The notes beneath the pieces were generated by a model. That model was not told the origin of the DNA. It made no database searches and saw only the letters and a program-made list of their open reading frames with translations. The position numbers and the translations under genes were made by a program. Positions 16,001 through 24,537 of a stretch of 28,821 nt of DNA are shown here, piece by piece (position 1 is the first letter of the stretch; each line of letters starts with the position of its first letter). The stretch spans positions 1 through 28,821 of the forward strand of contig DOCD01000154.1 in assembly GCA_003503945.1 (NCBI GenBank), in the 5' to 3' direction. Origin of the DNA: Clostridiales bacterium. GTDB lineage: Bacteria; Bacillota; Clostridia; Christensenellales; Borkfalkiaceae.

Positions 16001-18678
16001 CCGCTTCGCGATAAGGTAACGCTTTCGCCCGCGGACGGGTCGGGCAGCACGGTGAGATTTTTATCTACGACTATGCCGCAGTCGGAAAAGGATTTCAAAA
16101 GGTACACCGTGTCGTTTTCGCGCGCGGCGGCAACCGCCTCTTTAAGCGAGTTGTACTTCACGTTGCCTATCCTGCACACCTCCGACTGAACACCGCCGAC
16201 GGGCTCGGTTTCGCGCGGAACGCCCGTGCGGTTCAAAAGCCTGTCGTAAGCGTAAACCCTGTACTTGGGTCTGACGCCGTCGGCGTAACGGTAAGTATCG
16301 GTAAACGCGGCGTCATAGGTTATGCCGAGCACCTTCCAGCCGCCCTCCATAAAGCCCTGCACCTCATAACAAAGGTGCGCGTCCTCCTTAACCTCGGGCA
16401 TAAACAGCGTATAGCCCACCGAGGAGCGAACTATCTGCGTTACGCCGACCGTATCGGTCGAAGAATATCTGCCCGCCCACTCTTTATCGAGTATGAAATC
16501 ATTCTCCTTTAAAAGCTCGAACTGTCTTTCGTCTATGTAATAATATTTTTTATCCCCGCCGGAAATTCTGCCGCCCGATTTCGCCGCGGAGATACACTCC
16601 TTATAATCGGGCGAAGCCTTATCGCAGGAAAACCTGTTGTCCCCATTATATTTCGAGCCGCCGTGATAATAGCCCCACCTTTCGAAGTACCCGCCCGCGT
16701 CCTGCCCGAGCGCAAGCGAGGAATAGTATATAAATCGCTCCGTAGGGTCGAGAGACTTGCCCGTCGCCTCCTTAGAGTAAAGGTTTTGTAAGTTCGCCCA
16801 GTAATCGGGGTTGGCGCCGAAAAGCAGCCACCACGCCGCGTCGCCGCCGTTAAGCCAGAGGTTTTTGTCGGTCGCGTATCTGCCGAAATCGGAGGCGAGC
16901 TTCTCGGCTGCACCCGCGATATCCGCGGCATATTCGCCCGTCAACAGCCAGTTGCCGTACTCCGCGAACATTTCGTCGGTGTATCCCGCCCATTCGCTGC
17001 CGCGCCTGTCGAGCGCTCGGCCGAGCGAACGCATAGTTTGCCCCGAAAGGCTGCCCGATGCGAAAATACTGTCGAAATCGTCCTCGTCTATGTATATAAA
17101 ATCGGACTGCACGGTGTCATACATCCCCGAATATGCCTTTGCGAAACGGAAATTCACCTTTATGTACGGGTTTCTTTGGTCGTAGGAGTCGGCTTTTTCG
17201 TCATAGGTTATGCCGCCGAAGCCGAGCATTTTACGTATGAACGAATTAAGCTCGCCAAAGGTTTCGCCGATATCCGCCGCTTCCGCCGCCGAAAGGTAAT
17301 TATAGGCGAGCTTTGCCGAGCCCGTTATCGTCACGTTGTCGAAAACCGCCTCAAACACGTCGGCGTACGTGCTCGCGTTAAGGGAAGAAAGCTTTGAAAC
17401 GTAGTCCTTCACGGTCGCCGAAAATTCGCTTTCGTTGCCGCCCTTGCGGTATACGGGATAGTTATACCCGCCCTCAAAATAAACCTTCACGTTGCCGCGG
17501 GTATCCTGCGGGCATGTATAAATAAGATAAACCTGCCCGCCCGAATTGCTCGGGCTTGCCGTCGTCGGCAGAGGGAAAGTAAACTTGTTTACTCCGCGCG
17601 AAAGCGGGCGCACGATAAAATCCACCCCTTCGCCGTTTTCGACCGCGAACGCGAGAGAGGGCAACAACGTACCCTTTTCCGCCTCGACGTACGCGGTCAG
17701 CGTTTCGCCGTATGAAGCGCCTATGCCGAGGGTCTGCCTGTCCGTGCCTATGCCGTCGGTGAGCAGCGTGTCGCGCGCGTATTCCTTCACGTTGCCGCCG
17801 CGAAGAATTGTATTCGCAGCGCCCTCTTCGGTGGAAAATTCGCGGCGGGCGTCCTTTCTGAGCGCGCCCGTCAGCACCGCCTCCGCCCTGTCGAGGATAG
17901 GCTTTAACGCCGTTTCGTAATTGACGCAGCCCTCTGCGCGCCCGCGGAGCGCGGCAAGCTTTTCAAGGTCGTATTTTTTGTCGGGAAGAAAGCGAGCGTA
18001 ATCGGTAAACACCGACTTCACCTCTTCGGTAACGCTTTGCTCATCGTCCCCGAACGAGTTTATAAAATAAATTTCGGAAGCCGCCGCCCTTCCTCCGTCC
18101 GAAAGGGGCGAGGGGCTTATTTCGGAAAATTCCAGAACGAGGGTTTTAAACGTGACGGGGCTTTCGAAATTGAACGCCGTGAGCGTCGACTCCGCTTCGC
18201 CCGCGAAGGTTGCGACAAGCTCGGGCGAGCCCCCGTCCGCGCGGTACGCCTTCAAAAGCTGCGGAAAGCCGTAATAGACGTTTTCGCCGTCGACGGCCGA
18301 ATACGCCCCGCCGTAAATTATGCAGGAAACCGTAACCGGCGCCGAAGAGGTTATCGTAACCGAATTCGTAAAGCCCGCCGCGTTGCTTAAATCCGAACGC
18401 CATACGGAAGCCGTGTTTTTATCGAACGCGTCGGCTATACTCCCGCCGCCGTTCGCGCGGACGGTAAGGTTTGCGATATCCGCCGAGTTGAGCGCGAGAA
18501 AGCTTTCGTCCGCAAGCTTGCCCTTTGCGGCGACCGTGGCAATTGCCCCCTCCGGCATATCGCGCTTACCGTAGGCTTTATCCGCAAACGCGGTGTTTAT
18601 TAAAACCGTAAGGGCGGCGCACAGCGCAAAAAGTATTGCAAGCGCGGCAAGCGCCCCTTTTCTGATTTTAAGGCACAT
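13057..18678 (-). CDS. Large membrane-anchored surface protein: signal peptide, F5/8-like domain, M60-like peptidase (degenerate), beta-helix, 9 InlB-B/Flg_new-like repeats, C-terminal TM
   Basis: Signal peptide ends ...NTAFA. DRQTLGIGASYGETLTAYV is M60-like N-terminal sequence. FxxN/GGxxY repeats, nine 63-75-aa repeats with LP..F..W...G..Y..G, then TM LWITLGVAGG...VYFI and KRKKK tail. Confidence 0.85.
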   Translation of the reverse strand: MCLKIRKGALAALAILFALCAALTVLINTAFADKAYGKRDMPEGAIATVAAKGKLADESFLALNSADIANLTVRANGGGSIADAFDKNTASVWRSDLSNAAGFTNSVTITSSAPVTVSCIIYGGAYSAVDGENVYYGFPQLLKAYRADGGSPELVATFAGEAESTLTAFNFESPVTFKTLVLEFSEISPSPLSDGGRAAASEIYFINSFGDDEQSVTEEVKSVFTDYARFLPDKKYDLEKLAALRGRAEGCVNYETALKPILDRAEAVLTGALRKDARREFSTEEGAANTILRGGNVKEYARDTLLTDGIGTDRQTLGIGASYGETLTAYVEAEKGTLLPSLAFAVENGEGVDFIVRPLSRGVNKFTFPLPTTASPSNSGGQVYLIYTCPQDTRGNVKVYFEGGYNYPVYRKGGNESEFSATVKDYVSKLSSLNASTYADVFEAVFDNVTITGSAKLAYNYLSAAEAADIGETFGELNSFIRKMLGFGGITYDEKADSYDQRNPYIKVNFRFAKAYSGMYDTVQSDFIYIDEDDFDSIFASGSLSGQTMRSLGRALDRRGSEWAGYTDEMFAEYGNWLLTGEYAADIAGAAEKLASDFGRYATDKNLWLNGGDAAWWLLFGANPDYWANLQNLYSKEATGKSLDPTERFIYYSSLALGQDAGGYFERWGYYHGGSKYNGDNRFSCDKASPDYKECISAAKSGGRISGGDKKYYYIDERQFELLKENDFILDKEWAGRYSSTDTVGVTQIVRSSVGYTLFMPEVKEDAHLCYEVQGFMEGGWKVLGITYDAAFTDTYRYADGVRPKYRVYAYDRLLNRTGVPRETEPVGGVQSEVCRIGNVKYNSLKEAVAAARENDTVYLLKSFSDCGIVVDKNLTVLPDPSAGESVTLSRSGTGALLTVRASLNMGGADAKIILDGKDFYQSGALVETEFSGVPQSITFTNVIFKNNFNNGDGGALYITYGARQVALYGCVMQNNRAANGGGACLKNDRDGNYYPRLNMYGVTVGGNTAKYFGGGIYLSGADGLTAVSCSPAEGYPSCAVIGNKAKDGGGIYSEATVNMKNAVFTGNTASGKGGGAYVAAGSIVRRFELSGCTMEDNIAGETSSTAMYLAGGYSTLNGGKFSGGIYKADGARLNVNGSMPDVKGAEFVLPEIASSGTTLIDTVTGFSLTAEIASAFNIAFGVAAVDGAKITALRKIANITLNFGGETAVVQIECGRFVLPERVDGLDENLYIGKWSADGKDYFAGDTVTIDGNCSFDAELTPYIAVTLANGAHVKEYKVVKYGGFCLPSETPDGKPVFGWFCSDGKYYACGEQKEIEYDTAFTADEKPAYTVALEAGGLTKTALVAYGDSFTLPAPEPEFGKSFSHWLADGIKYAAGQTLIVRADFSAVAVYSAQRTVKIITFDGERAEQYEEGEKISLPMPSGHAGGEFICWLSGGVRYFAGGTYVVRGDAVLTAVYGEAKERVEITTVTSGGDGHKATISEYGFGEKVKLGTPAAQEGSVFVCWRINGAAYSADDEIFATDDFVAIAEYASAEAKGDVTVAVLVHTSDGEELKVYRYPYGSRIFLGVPEYRPSDRVFSHWAINGERKEAGESFVIKENCAVVAVYDDAHKIELNYISGGEEKVEVFEYGNSRIFVLPVPESPQGKIFTHWALGDIKLAAGEKIPVVADISLKAVYRELSVCTVTFSGEIDGEIKDTEKKFTEGDKFVLPEADDKLFGDKFHYWDVNGVRYASGATVTVLKDLSVKAVYSAQYKVTVVQLIDGKERAQDYTVSHGDTFKLPVPEPTDADRIFTCWEVNGKKLRPGDRITITADTIITALYVDKEGEPIIVKDNRKLWITLGVAGGVAAAAAIAGATVYFIKRKKKADADKK

Positions 18679-18689
18679 ATTTTTCTCCG

Positions 18690-19592
18690 TTAAATAAAAA
18701 TCATCACCACGCCGAGGATAAAACCTATCAGCGCGCCGAGATTTACGATTGCGTTCAGCTCCTTCTTCATTACCGAAAGAACGAGCTTTTCAAGCTCCTT
18801 CACGCTCATCGCGTTTATCTTTTGTTCGACTATGCCGCACACGTCGAGCCCGTCCGCAATCCCCGCGAGCATTTCCTTTACGGCAAGCGAATAGAGCGTG
18901 CGGGCAACCTCCGCAACAGTCTGTTCGTCTACCTTTTCCAAAAGGGGCGAAAGGGGTTCGTTCATAAGCTTCTCCGCCTCGCGCGAAACGGCTTTTTTTA
19001 CCGCCTCTCTGCCGTTTGCTTCTACGTAAGCGTTCACCCCGTCCGCAAGCTTGTCCGCAAGAGAAGTTATGAGGTCGTCCGAAAGGAACATGGCAAGCAT
19101 GCCCAAAGACGCCTTTTTACTTTTGATTACCTTAACGCCCTCGCTTGCGACCACGCCGCCCAGCCCGAAATCCTTTACGGCGGAAAAAACTCTGTCGCAT
19201 ATAGCTTCCTGCGCGGCGTTGTAAAACGCCTCCGCCTTTTCCGCGGGCGCGACAAGGCTTAAAAGCTCCGCCGCGGTTTTGCCGCCTGCGGACTTAAAGA
19301 GCTCTTTGGCGCGTTCGCCTACCTTGTCGAGCGCGGCTTCGGAAACAATCGCCTCCGCCAGGTCGTCCTTTGTAAAAAGCTGTTCGCCGACCGCTTTGCC
19401 GACGGCGCTTGCAAGCGCCGCCTTGCGCTTGGGGATAATCCCCGGCGTAAACGGCAGCCGCCATTTGCCTATTTTTTTGGGGTAGTACGGGCGGAAAAGC
19501 ATTCTGACCGCAAGCCAGTTTGTAAAGTAACCTATAAGCGCGCCCAAAAGCGGCCCCGCCGCATATTTTAAAATTGTAAGAAAAATTTCCAT
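18690..19592 (-). CDS. DUF445 (YheB-like) membrane protein
   Basis: GALIGYFTNWLAVRMLFRPY...PFTPGIIPKRK at the N-terminus and KELNAIVNLGALIGFILG at the C-terminus. Confidence 0.88.
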   Translation of the reverse strand: MEIFLTILKYAAGPLLGALIGYFTNWLAVRMLFRPYYPKKIGKWRLPFTPGIIPKRKAALASAVGKAVGEQLFTKDDLAEAIVSEAALDKVGERAKELFKSAGGKTAAELLSLVAPAEKAEAFYNAAQEAICDRVFSAVKDFGLGGVVASEGVKVIKSKKASLGMLAMFLSDDLITSLADKLADGVNAYVEANGREAVKKAVSREAEKLMNEPLSPLLEKVDEQTVAEVARTLYSLAVKEMLAGIADGLDVCGIVEQKINAMSVKELEKLVLSVMKKELNAIVNLGALIGFILGVVMIFI

Positions 19593-19605
19593 ATGTAAAC
19601 CCGAA

Positions 19606-20955
19606 CTATTTACGTGTAAGCACGGCGAGCGTTTCGCACCACTTGCTTTGGGGAAACATGTCGAAGGGGGTCACGCTTTTCAAAACGTAACGGCTTTCGG
19701 GCTCGGCGCATTTTTTAAGCTCTCCGCCCTCCTCTACGAGGGTGCCCAGCAAAATCCCCAAATCGCGCGCGAGCGTCGCGGGGTTGCAGGAAACAAGTAT
19801 TACCTTATCCGCGCCCGAGGCGGCAATGGCTTTAACCACGCTCCGCTCCATACCCTTTCTGGGCGGGTCGCAGACTATTATCCTGCGCATGCCTTCGGTC
19901 TCGGAAAATACCTTGCCTACATTGTCCTCCACCGCGCCGCAGATATTGAACATTTTTTTATCGAGCCCGTTTGCGGTTTTCAGCTCGTCCGCGCAGCGCG
20001 AAGCCTCCTCCACGATTTCTATTCCGTACGCCCGCCCGCATTTTTTCGCGAGCATAGCGGTCAGCATGCCGCCGCCGCTATACAAATCGATTGCCGCCGA
20101 GCTCTCCTCCGCCTCGTTAAGAACCGCCGAATACAGCTTTTCGCGCATAACGTCGTTGACCTGCAAAAAGGTCATCGCGCCCGCCTTGTACTTTATTCCG
20201 TTTTGCTCCGCTTCGAAAAAGCCGTCGCCGCGCAATATGCGCCACTTATCGTCGAAAATCACGTTCGTGTCGCCGTCGTTAATATTGAGTAAAAACGTAA
20301 AATCCTTAAAATATTCCCCGAGCGAGGATATGAGCGGGGCGGCGTTTATCGCCTTTTTTACGACAAGCGCGAATATGTGCCTACCCTGCAATTCGCGCAC
20401 AACTATATGGCGGATAACTCCCCTTTCCGCCGTCGCCGCGAAGTTTTTTACGGCGGCGAACACCTTCTCCGCCCACTCAGCCTGAATGGCGCAGCTTTGC
20501 GTTTCGACTATGCGGTGGCTGTGCCTCGCGTAAAAGCCGAGCTCGCCGTTTTCGCCCACGGGCAGAACCAACTTATTCCTGTAACCGAACTGCTTTTCGC
20601 ACGGAACGGTTTCGTTCACCGCGGCATATATGCCGCCTATTTTATTTAAAGAATTTAAAACGCCGTCCTTTTTGAATTTAAGCTGCGCGTCGTAATCCAT
20701 ATGCTGCAAATCGCAGCCGCCGCATTTGCCGAAAACGGGGCAAACGGGCTTAACCCGCGCATATGACGGGGTCAACACCTTTAAAAGCTTGCCGTAGGCG
20801 ATATTTCCTTTAACTTTAAGCGCCTTGATAAGCACCCTTTCCCCCGTTACGCAAAAAGGCACAAACACAGTTGTGCCATTGATTTTGATTATTCCCTCGC
20901 CGTCCGTGCCGTATCCTTCGACGAGTCCTTCGTATTCTCCGTTTTTAACCAACAT
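19606..20955 (-). CDS. rlmD: 23S rRNA (uracil-C5) methyltransferase, RlmD/RlmCD family
   Basis: TRAM domain, CPVFGKCGGCDLQH 4Fe-4S motif, FLQVN, DLYSGGG, DPPRKG, VSCNPATLARD, DMFPQSKWCE. Confidence 0.92.
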   Translation of the reverse strand: MLVKNGEYEGLVEGYGTDGEGIIKINGTTVFVPFCVTGERVLIKALKVKGNIAYGKLLKVLTPSYARVKPVCPVFGKCGGCDLQHMDYDAQLKFKKDGVLNSLNKIGGIYAAVNETVPCEKQFGYRNKLVLPVGENGELGFYARHSHRIVETQSCAIQAEWAEKVFAAVKNFAATAERGVIRHIVVRELQGRHIFALVVKKAINAAPLISSLGEYFKDFTFLLNINDGDTNVIFDDKWRILRGDGFFEAEQNGIKYKAGAMTFLQVNDVMREKLYSAVLNEAEESSAAIDLYSGGGMLTAMLAKKCGRAYGIEIVEEASRCADELKTANGLDKKMFNICGAVEDNVGKVFSETEGMRRIIVCDPPRKGMERSVVKAIAASGADKVILVSCNPATLARDLGILLGTLVEEGGELKKCAEPESRYVLKSVTPFDMFPQSKWCETLAVLTRK

Positions 20956-20961
20956 ACACTT

Positions 20962-21327
20962 TTAACCGCACCCGTCGCAAATTGCTTGGCACAAGCCGGA
21001 ACCGCAACATTCGCAAAACCCTAACGCGCAGACCTCCGCGCCGCCCATCTGACCTTTCTTCTGCTGCTTGTACTCCTCGCTCTTTCGGAAATTTTCGAGG
21101 TCGTCGAACGCCGCCCTGTACTGCTCGTTTTCGGGCTCTTCCTTTACCGCGCGCTTATACTGTTTATAAGCTTCCGCATACCAATTCTTAGCCATAAACA
21201 GCTTGCCCTGCAAATAATATTTTCTGCCGCTCTTTTCCCTGACCGCGTCCAAAAGCTTCTGCGCCTCTTCCAACTCTCCGCTTTCGATAAGCTCTTCAAC
21301 GCGGTTTAAGCTTTCGTTTTCGTCCAT
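20962..21327 (-). CDS. Small TPR protein with a QMGG plus Cys-rich tail
   Basis: TPR-like YYLQGKLFMAKNWYAEAYKQYKRAVKEEPENEQY; tail QMGGAEVCALGFCECCGSGLCQAICDGCG. Confidence 0.82.
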   Translation of the reverse strand: MDENESLNRVEELIESGELEEAQKLLDAVREKSGRKYYLQGKLFMAKNWYAEAYKQYKRAVKEEPENEQYRAAFDDLENFRKSEEYKQQKKGQMGGAEVCALGFCECCGSGLCQAICDGCG

Positions 21328-21329
21328 AA

Positions 21330-21887
21330 TTATTTCCTTATTCTGTAAACGAGCATATCCACAGCCGTCTGCGTTTTGAAAATAAGATAGTCGTACGGGA
21401 AGAAAATTATCGTTCCTCCCAGAAAAATGAACCAGTAAATATAGGTGTTCAGAAATTGATAAAAGGAATTATCCGCGCTGTCGCCGCCGAGTATTCCGCC
21501 GAAGATAAGTATATACGCGACCCACAGCGTGAAATCGAACCACACCGTTTTGACGGCGAGCGCAATCCACCTGTTTATTTTATATTTGACCTGCAAACAG
21601 TTGATTAACGGGTGCAGCCCGAAAAACATTATAAAGGGCACCAAATCCCAGAAGCGGACCGCCGCGCCCATTACTATTGCAAGAATAACCGTTCCGAGAT
21701 ACGCGAGAAAGCCGCCCCTTATAAACTGTTTTGAAAGGGGCACCATAAGCGCGACCATGCCGAAAAGATAGCCCGAGGCAAGGAGCACGTTGCTCCAGAA
21801 CCCCAGCAAAAGGCACACCACCGCCACGGCGCACGATATTGCGGACAGCGCTATTTCAAACGAACGGGAATACTTGCGTTTACTCAA
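21330..21887 (-). CDS. Uncharacterised multi-pass membrane protein
   Basis: About five to six hydrophobic segments; tight spacing with its neighbours. Confidence 0.8.
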   Translation of the reverse strand: MSKRKYSRSFEIALSAISCAVAVVCLLLGFWSNVLLASGYLFGMVALMVPLSKQFIRGGFLAYLGTVILAIVMGAAVRFWDLVPFIMFFGLHPLINCLQVKYKINRWIALAVKTVWFDFTLWVAYILIFGGILGGDSADNSFYQFLNTYIYWFIFLGGTIIFFPYDYLIFKTQTAVDMLVYRIRK

Positions 21888-21902
21888 CTTTTCACCACGC
21901 CG

Positions 21903-22523
21903 TCAGCGGCAGCAAGTGTTGCAAAGGCAGTTTATGCACATGTTTATATAGCAACACTCTATGCAGTTAGCGCAGAAATTCCCGCCCATCTGATTATCTG
22001 CCTGAGAGTTCATAGTCTGCCCCTCGTACACGGTCTGCTGTTCGCCCGCAGCCGAACGGCTCGCGTCGTAATTGACCTTTTCGTTGAGCTTTTTGTATGC
22101 TTCCTTGTACTTTTCGTTATCGGGTTCCAACTGAATGGCGATTTCAAGCTGTTTTTTGCTTTCGTTTATCCAGTTTTTGCGGTAGAACACAACGCTTTGA
22201 AGGTAGTGCCATCTGCCGCCGCGCTCGTTAAAGCTATCCAGAACGCGCTGCGCTTCGGCGATATTGCCGTCCTTTATAAGCTCCTCCACGCGCGTGAACG
22301 AGCTGTCGCCGTCCTCCGCGGCGGCGTTTTCGGAAAGCTCGCGCATTAAGTCGTTATACGCGTTTTCAAGCTGCGTGAGCATTTTCGCCGCGTGGTTGCC
22401 GACCTCCCCGTCCATAAACCGCTCTTCGAGATATTTCGCCCTCAGCGTTTCATAAGCCGAAGTTACGTCCTCTTTTGTCGCCCCCTCCGAAAGTCCGAAA
22501 AGTTCAAGATTTTTTTTGTTCAT
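21903..22523 (-). CDS. J-domain-like plus TPR protein with a QMGG plus Cys-rich tail
   Basis: AAGGAG SD before ATG 22523. J-like LELFGLSEGATKEDVTSAYETLRAKY(LEE); TPR WHYLQSVVFYRKNWINESKKQLEIAIQLEPDNEKY; tail QMGGNFCANCIECCYINMCINCLCNTCCR. Confidence 0.85.
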   Translation of the reverse strand: MNKKNLELFGLSEGATKEDVTSAYETLRAKYLEERFMDGEVGNHAAKMLTQLENAYNDLMRELSENAAAEDGDSSFTRVEELIKDGNIAEAQRVLDSFNERGGRWHYLQSVVFYRKNWINESKKQLEIAIQLEPDNEKYKEAYKKLNEKVNYDASRSAAGEQQTVYEGQTMNSQADNQMGGNFCANCIECCYINMCINCLCNTCCR

Positions 22524-23382
22524 TTTTAGCTCCTTTTTTCTTGCACTCGCATTTGACAAGACTTCTTGTCTTTAAAGGTATTCCCCTTAATATTATATTG
22601 TCGGTCAAGTCGTGATTGAATTTGAAATTGATCTCCGAAAGTCTTTGCCGCATATCGGCGAAAAGGCTGTCGAACATAAAGTTTATTTCATCGCGGTTTG
22701 CGGCTACCGCCTCCGCCTTCGAAGGAAGCTTATACGCATTGTACAGCGCGTTGTATCTGCCTTTTTTTACGTCCTTGTCGTAATCGTCCAAAGCGTCGGC
22801 GAGATATACCCACTTGCCCAAATCGTAAAACAGCGCTTCCGTCGCGGGGGTGGAAAATTCCTTTAACGCGTACGCCGAAAGCCGCTGCATCATAACCGCC
22901 GTAGGCTCGCACGCCATATCGATTATCGCGCAGCCCGCTTTTTCGAGCTCCGCCTGCGCCCTCATCTGTTCTTCTATGATATCCACAGCCTGTTTATGCC
23001 TTTTCAGCGCGCGTTTCAAACCCTTTTTGTAGAGGTGGCGCAAAACCCCCTTTTTGTCGCCGTCCGCCTTGTCGTCGCAGAGCTTATAATACGCAAGCGC
23101 GGTATTGATACAGCCCAAAAGCACGGTGGTATCGTCCTTCGAAGCAATCGGGCGGCGTTTGAACCAGTGAATGGCGCAGCGCGCCTTTTTGATTTCGACG
23201 TCCTCGTGCCTTATGTTATGAATAAGCGCGGACATAAACGCCATATCGTAGGTCAGGGCGGTGCGCGCCCTCTGCCCGCAGCCCGAGCCTATACTTTTAC
23301 ATAACCCGCAGTACAAAGCCTGATACAGCTTTTCGTCCTTTTTAAAAAGATAGGGCGAATCGGGCTGAATATAACCGAACAT
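22504..23382 (-). CDS. DUF5685-like protein
   Basis: GGAGG SD, then MFGY...YCGLC...ALTYDMAF, an N-terminus I recognise as DUF5685 (from memory). Asp-rich motifs DDKAD and DALDDYDKD. Its 3' end overlaps the next gene by 20 nt. Confidence 0.8.
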   Translation of the reverse strand: MFGYIQPDSPYLFKKDEKLYQALYCGLCKSIGSGCGQRARTALTYDMAFMSALIHNIRHEDVEIKKARCAIHWFKRRPIASKDDTTVLLGCINTALAYYKLCDDKADGDKKGVLRHLYKKGLKRALKRHKQAVDIIEEQMRAQAELEKAGCAIIDMACEPTAVMMQRLSAYALKEFSTPATEALFYDLGKWVYLADALDDYDKDVKKGRYNALYNAYKLPSKAEAVAANRDEINFMFDSLFADMRQRLSEINFKFNHDLTDNIILRGIPLKTRSLVKCECKKKGAKNEQKKS

Positions 23383-23515
23383 ATGCCTCCGGCTCACGCA
23401 AATCTTTTGCAATGCAAAACATTTGCCGTGAATTTATTTGTCGTAAATTTTCTTAACGGGCGAAATCAATCCGCCCTTGAAAATTTTCGGCATTATTATT
23501 TATATAATTTGGGCA

Positions 23516-24514
23516 TTAATTTTGATAAAACCCTATTTTTTTATAAACTTTACTGAGCGTTTTATTCGCCGTAAACGCGGCGCGTTCCGCGCCCGACTTC
23601 AACACACCGTCGAGGTACGCCTTGTCGGCGAGCAGCCTTGCCTGTTCGCACTGAATGGGCGCAAGCTTATCGGCGACCGCCTCCCCCACGGCAAGCTTGA
23701 AATCGCCGTAGCCCTTGCCCGCGAAGTCCGCCTCCGCCTCCGCCATGCTTTTATCCGTGAATACCGAATAAATAGAAAGCAAATTGCTCACGCCGGGTTT
23801 ATTTTCGGGGTCGAATTTTATTACCGCTTCGCTATCGGTTACGGCGCGTTTGAATTTACGAATAACGGTATCCTTGTCGTCCGAAAGGAATATGCTGCCG
23901 TTCGCGTTTTCCGCCGACTTCGACATCTTTTTGGACGGGTCCAAAAGGTCGCAGATCTTCGCGCCGGCTTTGACGTAAACGCATTCCGGCACGGTAAACG
24001 TGGGCGAATATGCGTTGTTGAAGCGCTGGGCGATATCCCGCGCGATTTCCACGTGCTGGGTCTGGTCCTTGCCGACGGGCACGTAAGCCGTCTGATATAA
24101 GAGGATATCCGCCGCCATTAAAACGGGGTAATCCATAAGCCCCATATTTATATTATCGGCGTGTTTTCTGCTCTTATCCTTAAACTGCGTCATTCTTTCC
24201 ATTTCGCCGACGTAGGTGAACGTGTTTAAAACCCAGCAAAGCTCGGCATGCGCGGGCACGTGCGACTGTACGTATAAAACGCACTTTTCGGGGTCTATTC
24301 CGCAGGCTATATACAGCGCGGCGAGTTCGAGCGTGCGCCGCCTGAGCTCCGCGGGGTTCTGCCTGACGGTAATCGCGTGCATATTCGCGATTGCGTAAAA
24401 GCAATTGTAATCGTTTTGCAGCGCGACGAAATTTTTTACCGCGCCCAGATAATTGCCTATCGTTAAACTGTTTGTCGGCTGAACCGCCGAATACAGATTT
24501 TTATTTTCTTCCAT
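23516..24514 (-). CDS. trpS: Tryptophan--tRNA ligase
   Basis: QPTNSLTIGNYLGA (HIGH-like), QSHVPAH, YPVLMAADIL, VPVGKDQTQH, KMSKS. Confidence 0.97.
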   Translation of the reverse strand: MEENKNLYSAVQPTNSLTIGNYLGAVKNFVALQNDYNCFYAIANMHAITVRQNPAELRRRTLELAALYIACGIDPEKCVLYVQSHVPAHAELCWVLNTFTYVGEMERMTQFKDKSRKHADNINMGLMDYPVLMAADILLYQTAYVPVGKDQTQHVEIARDIAQRFNNAYSPTFTVPECVYVKAGAKICDLLDPSKKMSKSAENANGSIFLSDDKDTVIRKFKRAVTDSEAVIKFDPENKPGVSNLLSIYSVFTDKSMAEAEADFAGKGYGDFKLAVGEAVADKLAPIQCEQARLLADKAYLDGVLKSGAERAAFTANKTLSKVYKKIGFYQN

Positions 24515-24537
24515 AAGTTTTACACAACCTCACAATA

